A DNA stretch of 64,000 nucleotides from Ferruginibacter sp. (GTDB lineage: Bacteria > Bacteroidota > Bacteroidia > Chitinophagales > Chitinophagaceae), in the NCBI GenBank assembly GCA_025352695.1, contig JANXSK010000053.1, forward strand, positions 2,998-66,997, in the 5' to 3' direction. Position numbers and translations under genes: made by a program. Numbering within the stretch: the stretch's first letter is position 1; every line of letters begins with the position of its first letter. The notes below the pieces were generated by a model. It had not been told where the DNA came from, ran no database searches, and was given only the letters and a program-made list of their open reading frames with translations. Of the stretch, positions 10,546 to 21,059 are shown in pieces.

Positions 10546-12108
10546 ATGATGGACAGGCAAAAAATGTTACAACAACTGGGCAATGTTCCGCAATGGGATA
10601 TTATTGTTATTGGCGGTGGCGCAACGGGTTTAGGAGCAGCGGTAGATGCTGCATCCAGAGGCTATAAAACATTATTGGTAGAGCAGGAAGATTTTGCAAA
10701 AGGCACCAGCAGCCGAAGTACCAAATTGGTGCATGGTGGTGTTCGTTATCTAGCCCAAGGCAATATTAAAATGGTTAGAGAAGCATTGAGAGAGCGGGGA
10801 CTATTATTAAAAAATGCACCCCATGTTTGTCATAACCTATCTTTTATCATTCCTTCTTTTCACTGGTGGCAAAAATGGTATTACAGCATTGGATTAAGTA
10901 TGTATGATTTACTGGCCGGCAAATTGAGTTTAGGTAAAACCAAAATGCTCTCCAAAAAAACAACGCAACAACTAATACCGGCCATCTCTTCAAAAAATTT
11001 AAGCGGTGGTGTATTATACCACGATGGACAATTTGATGATACAAGATTAGCCATCAACCTAGCACAAACAGCAGAAGAACAAGGAGCAACTATTCTAAAT
11101 TATTGTAAAGTTATTGCATTCACTAAAGCAGATAAACGCATTAACGGTGTTGAAGTGCAGGATGTGTTATCAGGAAAAAAATATACACTCAGCAGCAAAG
11201 CTGTAGTAAATGCTACCGGTGTATTTACGGATAAAGTAATTGAGCTGGATGATCCCAATCACCAACCAATTGTTTCTCCGTCACAAGGTGTACATATTGT
11301 GGTAGATCAAAAATTTTTCCCCGGCAAGCAGGCCCTGATGGTACCTAAAACAGATGATGGCAGGGTATTGTTTGCAGTACCCTGGCATGATAAAGTTATA
11401 TTGGGTACCACAGATACCCCCATCAACGAAATTGCATTAGAACCTAAAGCATTGCAGGAAGAAATTGATTTTATTATTCAACATAGTAACAGATACCTGA
11501 GCTCACAAATTGAATACAAAGATATTAATACAGTGTACGCCGGACTAAGACCATTGATAAAAATAAAAAATAAAAAATCAACGTCTATCCTGCCTCGTGA
11601 TCATACTACTATTATTTCTGACAGTGGCCTTGTTACCATCACCGGTGGTAAATGGACTACTTACCGCACCATGGGTAAACATGCTATTGACAATGCTGCT
11701 TTTGCCTGTAAACTTCCTAAAAAAAATTGCGTTACTGCAACGTTACTTATACATGGATTTCAGAATAAGACCACAGAAGCTGATGATATATTAAGTGCGT
11801 ATGGCAGCGATGCAGAAAACATTCAACTATTAATTACTGACCAACCTTCATTACAGGAAAAAATACATCCTGCGTTACCATATTCAAAAGCAACAGTGGT
11901 TTGGGCTGTACAAAACGAAATGGCTATGACAGTAGAAGATGTATTGGCAAGAAGAACAAGATCTTTATTTCTGGATGCAAAAGCAGCTGTTGAAGCAGCT
12001 CCGCTGGTGGCTTCAATAATGGCGCCCCTAGTACGCCAAACAAAAGAATGGCAGCAGCAAGAGGTAACTAAATTTATAGCACTTTCTAAAACCTATATAA
12101 TACAGTAA
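10546..12108 (+). CDS. glpD: FAD-dependent glycerol-3-phosphate dehydrogenase
   Basis: DIIVIGGGATGLGAAVDAASRGYKTLLVEQEDFAKGTSSRSTKLVHGGVRYL is the classical GlpD dinucleotide-binding N-terminus. Confidence 0.93.
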   Translation: MMDRQKMLQQLGNVPQWDIIVIGGGATGLGAAVDAASRGYKTLLVEQEDFAKGTSSRSTKLVHGGVRYLAQGNIKMVREALRERGLLLKNAPHVCHNLSFIIPSFHWWQKWYYSIGLSMYDLLAGKLSLGKTKMLSKKTTQQLIPAISSKNLSGGVLYHDGQFDDTRLAINLAQTAEEQGATILNYCKVIAFTKADKRINGVEVQDVLSGKKYTLSSKAVVNATGVFTDKVIELDDPNHQPIVSPSQGVHIVVDQKFFPGKQALMVPKTDDGRVLFAVPWHDKVILGTTDTPINEIALEPKALQEEIDFIIQHSNRYLSSQIEYKDINTVYAGLRPLIKIKNKKSTSILPRDHTTIISDSGLVTITGGKWTTYRTMGKHAIDNAAFACKLPKKNCVTATLLIHGFQNKTTEADDILSAYGSDAENIQLLITDQPSLQEKIHPALPYSKATVVWAVQNEMAMTVEDVLARRTRSLFLDAKAAVEAAPLVASIMAPLVRQTKEWQQQEVTKFIALSKTYIIQ

Positions 12109-12148
12109 CATTTTAAGTACCAATTTTCTAACTAAAAAAACTTCTAAA

Positions 12149-12856
12149 ATGACTCCCTTTATTGCAGAACTTGTAGGCACCGCTTTATTAATTCTTTTGG
12201 GTGATGGCGTTGTTGCCAATGTTGTACTCAACAAAACTTATGGCAACAATGGTGGCCTGATAGTAATTACTTTTGGCTGGGCCATGGGCGTTTTTGTAGG
12301 AGTGTATGTTTCAGGATCTGTTAGTGGAGGGCATTTGAATCCGGCTGTAACAATTGGTCTGGCTGCATTGGGCAAGTTTGATTGGGCTAAAGTGCCATTA
12401 TACATTACCGCACAATTACTGGGTGCAATGATCGGTTCTTTATTGGTATGGGTGATGTACCGCAAGCATTTTAATGCAACAACTGATGCCAACTCAAAAC
12501 GAGCGGTATTTTGCACCGCCCCTGCCATTCCCAGTACCATCGACAATCTTTTATCAGAGATCATTGGAACATTTGTATTAATATTAGGAGCATTGTTTAT
12601 TGTATCTTCAAAAGACAGCCTTGGTTCTTTATCCGCCTTACCCGTAGCTTTTTTGGTACTGGCAATTGGTGTTAGCTTAGGTGGTGCAACAGGCTATGCC
12701 ATTAACCCCGCAAGAGATTTAGGCCCAAGAATAATGCATGCACTTTTACCCATAAAAGATAAAGGAGGTAGCAACTGGCAATATAGCTGGATACCTGTTG
12801 CAGGACCTGTTATTGGTAGCTTACTAGCTGCATGGTGTTATTCGTTGATACAATAG
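12149..12856 (+). CDS. glpF: Aquaglyceroporin / glycerol uptake facilitator (MIP family)
   Basis: Two NPA boxes (HLNPAVT and INPARD) and six hydrophobic segments. It is adjacent to glpD. Confidence 0.93.
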   Translation: MTPFIAELVGTALLILLGDGVVANVVLNKTYGNNGGLIVITFGWAMGVFVGVYVSGSVSGGHLNPAVTIGLAALGKFDWAKVPLYITAQLLGAMIGSLLVWVMYRKHFNATTDANSKRAVFCTAPAIPSTIDNLLSEIIGTFVLILGALFIVSSKDSLGSLSALPVAFLVLAIGVSLGGATGYAINPARDLGPRIMHALLPIKDKGGSNWQYSWIPVAGPVIGSLLAAWCYSLIQ

Positions 12857-13062
12857 ATTTTTACAATTATAAGGTGAAAGCATAGTTATACAAATTGTAC
12901 AAACAGAACAATCAATAATTCCGTAAAGGCCGTCTTTTATTTAAAAATAATTGGCTAGCCCTTAATTAAACCAAAAAATAATTTAAAAAAAATGATTTGT
13001 AGCAGGGAATTTGCTTAATGTATTCATATTAATCAAAACACCTCCTATTAAAATCAATCAGT

Positions 13063-13554
13063 ATGAAAATTTTTCTTACAATGCTTACCGGTATTTTAAG
13101 TATGCCGTTTTCTTTTGCCCAACTTAAAACAACACAAATCTGCCCAACTTTTTTTGTAGATGTACTGGAAGGTACTGTTAATGAAAGATTATTTACTTAC
13201 GCTGGTATAGCAGAAATAGAAAAAATATTCCCGTGTTTTACAAGTACTACTGAAGAGACCAATGGCAGTACCTGCGGTGGTGTTTTTTACAAAGACAAGG
13301 ATATTTATTTTTATACAGAAAGGGATTATATAGAAGTGGGAGAACATTTTAAAGGTAAGCTAAGCCTGCCCCTGATGGGTGCAAGCCGCAACAGCCTGTT
13401 TAACCAACTCGGCAATCCTAAAATAAAAGACGTAAGCTGGGATGCCTATCAAACAAAATATGGTATTCTTATTTTATACTATAACAAAGCCGGCAAAATT
13501 AATAAACTACAGTTTAGTAATAGAAATGCAGAATCTATAAAGCTCTGCGAATAA
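13063..13554 (+). CDS. Hypothetical secreted protein, 163 aa
   Basis: N-terminal signal peptide (MKIFLTMLTGILSMPFSFAQ). I recognise no domain. Confidence 0.55.
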   Translation: MKIFLTMLTGILSMPFSFAQLKTTQICPTFFVDVLEGTVNERLFTYAGIAEIEKIFPCFTSTTEETNGSTCGGVFYKDKDIYFYTERDYIEVGEHFKGKLSLPLMGASRNSLFNQLGNPKIKDVSWDAYQTKYGILILYYNKAGKINKLQFSNRNAESIKLCE

Positions 13555-13670
13555 AGTGAAATTTATTGATTGAAAAATAATTGGAAACCACCACCTCAAA
13601 GTAATGTAGGATAAATATCTTTAAAATTCAAGGTTAATTTAAAAACCCACATTAATCTTATATTGCATTA

Positions 13671-13919
13671 ATGAAAAATATGTTGATATATTATATTACA
13701 ATATTAACTCCGTTATGTTTGCTGATATTTCTTGTTATATCAAAAGCAATTGATAATTCTTTGTTTTGTATTTTGCTATTTTTCTATGCATTTGTATATC
13801 GTACAATTACTGATTATTTAAGATTATTAAGCAAACATGTAATTAGTAAAAAAGCGTTTTGGAAATTATTAATTCCAGGTAGCAGAATTAAATACTTTAA
13901 AGAATTGTATTTATTTTAA
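13671..13919 (+). CDS. Hypothetical small membrane protein, 82 aa
   Basis: Two hydrophobic helices and an isolated ORF. This is weak evidence only. Confidence 0.35.
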   Translation: MKNMLIYYITILTPLCLLIFLVISKAIDNSLFCILLFFYAFVYRTITDYLRLLSKHVISKKAFWKLLIPGSRIKYFKELYLF

Positions 13920-14062
13920 GCCCCTCTTTTAGTAGTTCAAGCTTTGCTACCCACAGAAATTCTAAAAGAGTAAACAGCTTGTTTGCTTTCCACAATTATT
14001 AAATCTTAAAGAGTGCGCTTATAATTTTTTGAACTATTCTTAAAATATCTTTATTATAAACG

Positions 14063-14968
14063 CTACAATTTACCTGTCTGAGAAGCGTACGTACTTTCAA
14101 ATATTTTATCTGCATTACCGGCTTCAAATCCTTCGCGGCGTTGATTGCGTAATATTTCATTTAAAGGCAGGTGACTAAATGCTGGCAAAACTTTTCTTTC
14201 CGCAAACTCAACATACGAACCAGAAATAACATGCTGTTCTCCATCAGCAAATTCAGCATCAATCATTTTAGCTACTGTAGAACTTTGTAACAATAATCCG
14301 TCAGGACTGGTTTTATATTTTCCTCCGGCATCATTTAACACAAATCCATTTCGTTCTAAAAAAGTATTAAAAACGGGTACTGTATTGTATCCTTCTTTGA
14401 GGTTGTGTACACTTACAGTAAAATGGTTTAAGTAATACCTGTTGTAAATTACCCATGCGGCATATTCACTCTCTTTAGACAGGGCCATATAATCCTGCAA
14501 TAGCGGCTTGCGCCAAAGAGCGCTGTGCAAAAAATCAGTAACTGCTGCCCCATCATTTAAATCCAATGCATCTACCGGATCTGCCTTTACTTCATCGGTA
14601 TATTTTGTTATAATTTCCTGCGCTTGCTTAGATAAATCGGTCACCCTTAATTCGCTCAGAAAGATTCTTGGGTATTGTGGTGCTGGTGGTGCATACCAAT
14701 AAGCATCGAGTTTTTTATTCTCAAAATGAAAAAAATCCCTTTTTTCATAGCCAAAATACAAGAATATTTTCTCCAGCGATTGCATGCCTAGAAAAGGCAC
14801 GCCCATGGTTCTAAAAGCGATATGGTCATTTTCAATTTCGGCTGCATTGTTTATCACTCCTTCATTGACCATAGCGGCAATTATCTCTGCCACATTCGGT
14901 ACTCTTTCTTTATAAAGCCTCATTAATCCATCTAATACCTGCTGTAGTTGTTCATTTTTATTTTGCAT
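14063..14968 (-). CDS. DUF1338 family protein (2-oxoadipate dioxygenase/decarboxylase HglS-like)
   Basis: 301 aa with blocks NDHIAFRT, YYLNHFTVSV and SYVEFAER, positioned like the His/His/Glu metal ligands of the DUF1338/HglS family. It starts 30 nt downstream of the fusion gene on the same strand. Confidence 0.75.
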   Translation of the reverse strand: MQNKNEQLQQVLDGLMRLYKERVPNVAEIIAAMVNEGVINNAAEIENDHIAFRTMGVPFLGMQSLEKIFLYFGYEKRDFFHFENKKLDAYWYAPPAPQYPRIFLSELRVTDLSKQAQEIITKYTDEVKADPVDALDLNDGAAVTDFLHSALWRKPLLQDYMALSKESEYAAWVIYNRYYLNHFTVSVHNLKEGYNTVPVFNTFLERNGFVLNDAGGKYKTSPDGLLLQSSTVAKMIDAEFADGEQHVISGSYVEFAERKVLPAFSHLPLNEILRNQRREGFEAGNADKIFESTYASQTGKL

Positions 14969-14998
14969 ACAAATTTCACTTTTATATTTTTCTAACCT

Positions 14999-17296
14999 TT
15001 ATATTGTTGCCAAAGCTTCCTCCAAATACTGTACAAATTCATCGGCATTTTGTTTATTGAATGGCATGGGCGGTTTTATTTTTAAAACATTGTGCAGCGG
15101 GCCGTCAGTACTTAATAAATAACCATTGTCTTTCATTTTTTCTACCACCTTATCAATTTCTAAAACAGCAGGTTCCTGTGTTATTCTGTCTCTTACCATT
15201 TCTACACCAATAAAAAAACCATGCCCACGCACATCACTGATGATGGAATGTTTACCCATCAATCCTTTTAATTTATCCATTAAATAATTACCTACTTCTT
15301 TTGCATGCTGCTGCATTTCTTCCTGTTCTATTACATCCAGCACTGCTAAGCCGGTAGCCATAGAAACCGGATTGCCACCAAACGTATTAAAGTATTCCAA
15401 CCCATTGCTAAATGCATCTGCAATTTCACTGGTTACCACCACAGCTGCCAACGGATGGCCGTTTCCAATCGGTTTACCCATTACTACAATATCGGGTACT
15501 ACATCTTGTAATTCAAATCCCCAAAAAGCATCTCCTACCCTTCCAAAACCTACCTGCACTTCATCCGCAATACAAATACCTCCGGCAGCTTTTACATATT
15601 TATACACTTCTTTTAAATAGTTGGGTGGCAAAGGTATTTGCCCTCCAACACCCAGCAAAGTTTCGCTAATAAAAACTGCGGGGGCCTTACCCTCTTTTTT
15701 TAATAATTCAATAATTCGTTGTACATCGGCTGCATATTTTTCACCTGCTTTTGTATCTCCATATTTATAAGGACCCCGATACATATCCGGGTTAATGGCT
15801 TTGTGTATCCAGGACATTTGGCCAAAGCCTCCCTTGCTGTCAAACTTATAAGGACTCATTTCCATAGCTACAGTAGACGTGCCATGATAAGCATGGTCTA
15901 GTACAATGATGTCTTTTTGTTTGGTAACATGCCGGCTGATCCTGATCGCTAAATCATTTGCTTCGCTACCACTGTTTGTAAAATAGCATACAGATAACGA
16001 AGGGGGCAAGGTGGCAGTAAGCCGGGTTGCATACTTCATCATATTATCATTCAAATACCTTGTGTTGGTATTGAGTGTTGCAATTTGTTGTTGCATGCGT
16101 TTTACAACCACCGGATGACAATGCCCTACATGTGAGGGATTATTAACACAATCAACAAAAGTTCTTCCTTTATCATCATACAAATACTGCAAGGCACTTT
16201 TTACAATTTTTAATTTTTCATTATAGCTGATAGAAAGATTTCGACCAACATGTTCCTTTCTTTGTTGCAATAATGCTGTATAATCTTTATCCTGTATTAC
16301 ACCTTCAAAACCGCAAACTTTTCTAAAACTATCCTGCGCTTTTATTGGGTTGATACATATGAGTTGATACAATAAATCCCAGGCAGGTTTTTCTGTTATA
16401 AAGTGATGTTCATTGCTACTATCCTGCGAAGCATTGTAAGCTGATTGCGTTACGCTGGTGCAAAGCCTTGCTGCAATTAAATAATATAAAATGTCCAGCT
16501 CTGCTGAGGTCAGCGGATAAACTGCATGATAACTTTTTACCACTAGCGAAGCTGTGTGCAATGGCTCCTTATTATTTAGCATTGCATAAGTGCAGGCAAC
16601 TGCAACACTGTTAATCAAAGCTGTGTAAACCATATCCCCAAAATCAATCAATCCCAGCACGCAATCACCTTGCACCAACAGGTTATAATCGTTTGCATCG
16701 TTGTGGACATATGCATGGCGAAGCGAAGAAATTTTTGGCAATACTTCCATTTCAAACTGCAGCAAAAAATAACCAGCAATTCTTCTTCTTTCGTGCTGCT
16801 TAATAAATTTAATTTTGGCATTTGCATCCAAAGCTGTACTAATATCCCATGGGTAATGCCGGTGCATGGCAGGATGCGAAAAGTTCTGTAAGACCTTATC
16901 CATATTGCCGAGAAAATTACCTAAATCTTTATGCAATGCATCCGTTTTTTCCTTTACATGTACCCAAAAAATACCTTCCAAAAAACTAAGGATACGCACG
17001 TAATAATTCTTGCCTTCTATCACAAGTGTTGTTAATTCTCTTCCATCTGTATTTAGCAAATACTGCTGAAATTTATTTGATATTTCACTCGCTGATAAAT
17101 GATTAACAATCTTTACCTGTGCATCTAAAAAATAATAGCCATGTTCATCAGTTGCTACTTTTAAAATATATTGTTGTCCGTTTTTATCTTTTAATAAAAA
17201 GTTTAGTTCGTCATACCCATTGAGGGCTTTGGCTTCCACAGCAAGCTTATATTGTTGTATACAAAATTCTTTGATATAGGCTTCTGTAAAATTCAT
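14999..17296 (-). CDS. Fusion protein: aminoglycoside-phosphotransferase-like kinase (hydroxylysine-kinase-like) plus class III aminotransferase-fold phospho-lyase
   Basis: The N-terminal half carries kinase motifs [13 protein letters not shown] and LIDFGD. The C-terminal half carries [18 protein letters not shown] (PLP lysine, as in AGXT2L-type phospho-lyases) and [14 protein letters not shown] placed the start at [11 protein letters not shown] (17296); the track start at 17350 adds 18 residues. Confidence 0.85.
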   Translation of the reverse strand: MNFTEAYIKEFCIQQYKLAVEAKALNGYDELNFLLKDKNGQQYILKVATDEHGYYFLDAQVKIVNHLSASEISNKFQQYLLNTDGRELTTLVIEGKNYYVRILSFLEGIFWVHVKEKTDALHKDLGNFLGNMDKVLQNFSHPAMHRHYPWDISTALDANAKIKFIKQHERRRIAGYFLLQFEMEVLPKISSLRHAYVHNDANDYNLLVQGDCVLGLIDFGDMVYTALINSVAVACTYAMLNNKEPLHTASLVVKSYHAVYPLTSAELDILYYLIAARLCTSVTQSAYNASQDSSNEHHFITEKPAWDLLYQLICINPIKAQDSFRKVCGFEGVIQDKDYTALLQQRKEHVGRNLSISYNEKLKIVKSALQYLYDDKGRTFVDCVNNPSHVGHCHPVVVKRMQQQIATLNTNTRYLNDNMMKYATRLTATLPPSLSVCYFTNSGSEANDLAIRISRHVTKQKDIIVLDHAYHGTSTVAMEMSPYKFDSKGGFGQMSWIHKAINPDMYRGPYKYGDTKAGEKYAADVQRIIELLKKEGKAPAVFISETLLGVGGQIPLPPNYLKEVYKYVKAAGGICIADEVQVGFGRVGDAFWGFELQDVVPDIVVMGKPIGNGHPLAAVVVTSEIADAFSNGLEYFNTFGGNPVSMATGLAVLDVIEQEEMQQHAKEVGNYLMDKLKGLMGKHSIISDVRGHGFFIGVEMVRDRITQEPAVLEIDKVVEKMKDNGYLLSTDGPLHNVLKIKPPMPFNKQNADEFVQYLEEALATI

Positions 17297-17438
17297 GTTT
17301 GATTGTACAATTAATTTAATTGTGAAAAAGGGAACAACTTGTTTTATCAATAACCGCTGTTTTGCAGCAACAACACAAAACCATTTGAAATTACAACAGG
17401 GTGATTAAATTTTACAAACATCGTAATGACTTTTAAAT

Positions 17439-17476
17439 AAAACAAGGAGTTATTAAAGTAATAACTCCTTGTTTTA
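17439..17476 (-). terminator. Hairpin terminator downstream of the Gfo/Idh/MocA gene
   Basis: AAAACAAGGAGTTATT-loop-AATAACTCCTTGTTTT, a ~16 bp stem with T-rich flanks in either orientation. Confidence 0.7.
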
Positions 17477-17543
17477 TTTATGTGTAAAGTAATCAGTTAT
17501 CTATTTTCAACCGAAAAAGACACTATTTAAAATTTCAATTTCA

Positions 17544-19004
17544 TTACATACTCCATCCTTCTCTGTAAGTACGTTTTACAAATTGGTTGGCTTCATCAAA
17601 ATTGGTAATCTTCATATTGGCACCATCCCAAAGCAATTTAATATTTCTGCCCGGGTGATCAAAATCATCGCCTTTCGCATTCTTCTTTTGTATATCATAA
17701 CTGCGTATTGCAAGGTTGCCCATCAACACACTTTCTGTAAGCGGACCAGCAATATCAAAATGCGAACTAAGGTTTTTGGCCTTTTCACTGCCATAACCTG
17801 CTATCGCAGCTTCTACCCATGCAGCATAGTGCCCGTCTTCTCCACCTATTACACGAGCCATTTTTTGTGGTACTTTCACTTCCTTAGTTTTTGATGTAGG
17901 CAACAATTGCGGATTAACACCATAAGTTCCAGCCATCATCTTTCCCTTCGTTCCAATAAAAACTACCCCATTTCCACCATCACCCATCACTTCATTAGCA
18001 CCCAATTCTTTTGGCCTTGAAGGCTGTATACCACCATCCATCCAATGAAGCTCCACATCAGGTTTACCATTTTTACCTTTAAATGCTAATGTAATGTGTG
18101 AAGCAATTGGGCCGCTTTCCGGATAATAAGCCTGGTTCCAGTTTTCAATGTATTTTGTTGCAACACTACATTCTGCACTAGTAGGATAACCTAATCCCAT
18201 CACGGCAAAAGCCGGTGCCATAATATGGCAAGCCATGTCGCCCAATGCGCCAGTACCATAATCCCACCAGCCACGCCAGTTAAACGGTAATATCCCTTCA
18301 AAATATTCTCTCTTGGGTGCTGTACCCAACCATAAATCAAAATCAAGCCCGGAAGGAATAGGTGAATTATTTGTTGGACGACCTACACCTTGCGGCCAGA
18401 TAGGTCTGTCGGTATAGCAATAAATGGTATGCACATCTCCAATTAAACCTGCATTAAACCAGTCTTGTAATTGACGTACGCCATCGCCTGAAGACCCCTG
18501 GTTACCCATTTGAGTTACTACTTTAAATTGATGCGCTGCCTTGGTAAGCATACGGGCTTCATAAATATCATGTGTCAAAGGTTTTTGAACATACACATGT
18601 TTATTCAATTGCATAGCGGCCATTGCGGCAACACCATGCTGATGATCTGGTATTGAAACGGAAACTGCATCAATAGATTTTGCTTCCTTATCCAGCATTT
18701 CCCTAAAATCTTTATAGTATTTTGCTTTCGGGAATTTTTTACGGGTTTCGGCACTTTGGCGATCATCTACATCACACAAAAAGCCGATGTCTGCTTTTCC
18801 ACTTTTATAGAAGTTCTCAATATCGCTGGAACCTTTTCCGCCTGCGCCAATACCGGCAACAATCAGCCTGTCGCTTGGGGCAACAAAACCACGGCCAAGT
18901 ACATGACGTGGCACAATAAAAAATCCTGCAGCAGTCAATGCAGTATTGCGGATAAATTTCCGTCTAGAATCCTGAACTTCATTTTTCTTTTTCATAATCA
19001 TCAA
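17544..19004 (-). CDS. Tat-signal Gfo/Idh/MocA family oxidoreductase (periplasmic)
   Basis: Twin-arginine leader SRRKFIRNTALTAAGFF, a Rossmann segment LIVAGIGAGGKG, and the 486 aa length typical of this Bacteroidota/Planctomycetota subfamily. Confidence 0.85.
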   Translation of the reverse strand: MMIMKKKNEVQDSRRKFIRNTALTAAGFFIVPRHVLGRGFVAPSDRLIVAGIGAGGKGSSDIENFYKSGKADIGFLCDVDDRQSAETRKKFPKAKYYKDFREMLDKEAKSIDAVSVSIPDHQHGVAAMAAMQLNKHVYVQKPLTHDIYEARMLTKAAHQFKVVTQMGNQGSSGDGVRQLQDWFNAGLIGDVHTIYCYTDRPIWPQGVGRPTNNSPIPSGLDFDLWLGTAPKREYFEGILPFNWRGWWDYGTGALGDMACHIMAPAFAVMGLGYPTSAECSVATKYIENWNQAYYPESGPIASHITLAFKGKNGKPDVELHWMDGGIQPSRPKELGANEVMGDGGNGVVFIGTKGKMMAGTYGVNPQLLPTSKTKEVKVPQKMARVIGGEDGHYAAWVEAAIAGYGSEKAKNLSSHFDIAGPLTESVLMGNLAIRSYDIQKKNAKGDDFDHPGRNIKLLWDGANMKITNFDEANQFVKRTYREGWSM

Positions 19005-19470
19005 TCGTGTTTAATTGCTTAATATTTAAAGAGTAATTTATACCTTTTTATGAACCTATAAAAATCCTTACAGAGATTTTTTATATTTAACCAATAATTA
19101 TTTTAACCTGCAACAACTTTCATTCATTTAATCCTTCACTTCAGAATGATACCAACTTGCATAAATACGCCTGCCATAGCGGTTATACTAATTTTTAATA
19201 CTTTAAAAGTCTTCAGTTTATAAACCACACCGCTATGTGTAAGCAACAATTCACTCAATTCATTTTTTGCTACAAGTCGGTGAACATCGATCTCGAGTTG
19301 AAGTGTTTGTACCAACTACGGAGGCACGGACAAAATATAATTTTGCAACCTTAAAAATTAACACTGCACTTTTAAGTTGTAAAACTAATGTTAAAATGAC
19401 TAACCATTATTGAATTATTTTCAAAAAAATGTACTTTACATATGTTACCTAAACCTTAATAATTATATCA

Positions 19471-19833
19471 ATGAAAAAGATAATTTTATTCACTTTAATC
19501 TCCATATTAATTTTTAGTACATTTTCTTTTGCCCAAATAAAGATTGACAGATTTTGTCAAGTTGCAATTGATCCTAAAAATGGCATGACATCCAAAACAG
19601 TTGCAACAATTTCATTTGGATTGGTAGACAGCCTATTTTTTTTCAAAGACAGTTCGATAATTATAAACCTGAAAAAAGTTAATGAATTGAGATCACCGAC
19701 AGATGTTTTAAATTATATGAGCAATCTCGGTTGGGCTCTTGTGAGTGTAATTCCCTTTGGAAATTTGACAACTCATGAACGTTTTTATTTTAAAAAAGAA
19801 TTTGAAACAACTGACTTAGGTATTCAAAACTAA
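19471..19833 (+). CDS. Hypothetical secreted protein, 120 aa
   Basis: Signal peptide MKKIILFTLISILIFSTFSFAQ. I recognise no domain. Confidence 0.5.
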   Translation: MKKIILFTLISILIFSTFSFAQIKIDRFCQVAIDPKNGMTSKTVATISFGLVDSLFFFKDSSIIINLKKVNELRSPTDVLNYMSNLGWALVSVIPFGNLTTHERFYFKKEFETTDLGIQN

Positions 19834-19870
19834 CTAGTGTTGCTTTTTTCACGGCGGGGTTTTCTTTTTC

Positions 19871-20230
19871 CAGCAACGTCCATCAACGAGCTTTTGTAAA
19901 TGGCTGAGGACGTTGCGTCAGGCATTATTACACTTTACTCAAAAAAAAGTCCACCTCTTACATTTCCATAAAATAATGTCCTTTCTCTTTTAAATAATCA
20001 AACCAATTGTATACAATACTGTAGCCATTCATAGCATGTAAAAGTTATAAAAAATACTCCGATATTGTAAGGAATGGTTAGATATACTGGCATTATATAA
20101 AATTATTGTAGCTTTTAAATAAATCCTATTGGGGCTGTGATTGTTTTTTACAAACTAATTATTGCTTAGTAGTGCACAACGTTCCTGGCTAACACACTGG
20201 CCCAGGAAGAGACGGTGGTGGGAAGGAAAA
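19871..20230. repeat. Copy 1 of a ~360-390 bp direct repeat
   Basis: Aligns along its full length with 22372-22758, roughly three-quarters to four-fifths identical by eye. It starts with hairpin GCAACGTCC-N26-GGACGTTGC (19873-19916) and ends with the block CAACGTTCCTGGCTAACACAC...GGGAAGGA. Confidence 0.85.
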
Positions 20231-20240
20231 CTTTGGAGTT

Positions 20241-21059
20241 CTACTTTATTCCCAAACTTATAATAAATTCTCCGGGTACAGAATAGCCTTTTGCTGTTTT
20301 ATATTTTTCAATAGAAGCTAGATATTCTTTACATACCTCTTTTTGTACATTTTCAGGAAATTTAAAATACGCTAATGCAACTGGTCCGCCTTCAAATGCG
20401 GCAGCGCATGCTGCTTCATCTGTACCATAGTCAAGAGAAGATTGTATTTTTTTGATTTTGCCGGTTGAAAACCCAGCGAGTTCAAAATTTTTTTCAAGCA
20501 CACTGTCATTACCTAAATTGAAAAACATTGGGCATACTTCCGATGAAACCCGTTTGTCAACAATCTCAAATATATCTGCCCATCCACAATTATCTCTCTT
20601 TCCCCAAACAGCAGCAACACAGATTCCTCCTTTTTTCAAAACTCGGTACATTTCTTTCAAAGCATTTACAGGACTTGGCGCATACATTAATCCCAAGGCA
20701 CAAATTGCCACATCAAATTCTTCAGCATTGATTTTTAATTCTTCAGCATCCATCCTTTCAAACCTGATATTTCTGACACTTTTTTCTTTCGATGTTTTAT
20801 CAGCAATCTCAATCATTTTGTCCGAAATATCCGTGCCTAACACAAACCCGTTGCTGCCTGTTGCCGCTGCTGCCCGAAAACTTATAAGCCCTGTGCCACA
20901 GGCAATGTCAATAATTTTTTGCCCTTGTTGAATGTTAGCAAAATCAAACAAGGTGTCATGCGCTGGTTTAAGTTGTTGCTGCCAGGTGTTTTCGTAATAA
21001 GCGGCAGCTTTATCCCATCCATATCGTTGCACACGTCTTTGCAAGGCTGGTTCCATCAT
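20241..21059 (-). CDS. Class I SAM-dependent methyltransferase
   Basis: Motif I IIDIACGTGL, the post-I acidic residue and FDVAICALGL. The start overlaps the stop of the upstream OsmC-like gene (ATGATG/TGA). Confidence 0.88.
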   Translation of the reverse strand: MMEPALQRRVQRYGWDKAAAYYENTWQQQLKPAHDTLFDFANIQQGQKIIDIACGTGLISFRAAAATGSNGFVLGTDISDKMIEIADKTSKEKSVRNIRFERMDAEELKINAEEFDVAICALGLMYAPSPVNALKEMYRVLKKGGICVAAVWGKRDNCGWADIFEIVDKRVSSEVCPMFFNLGNDSVLEKNFELAGFSTGKIKKIQSSLDYGTDEAACAAAFEGGPVALAYFKFPENVQKEVCKEYLASIEKYKTAKGYSVPGEFIISLGIK

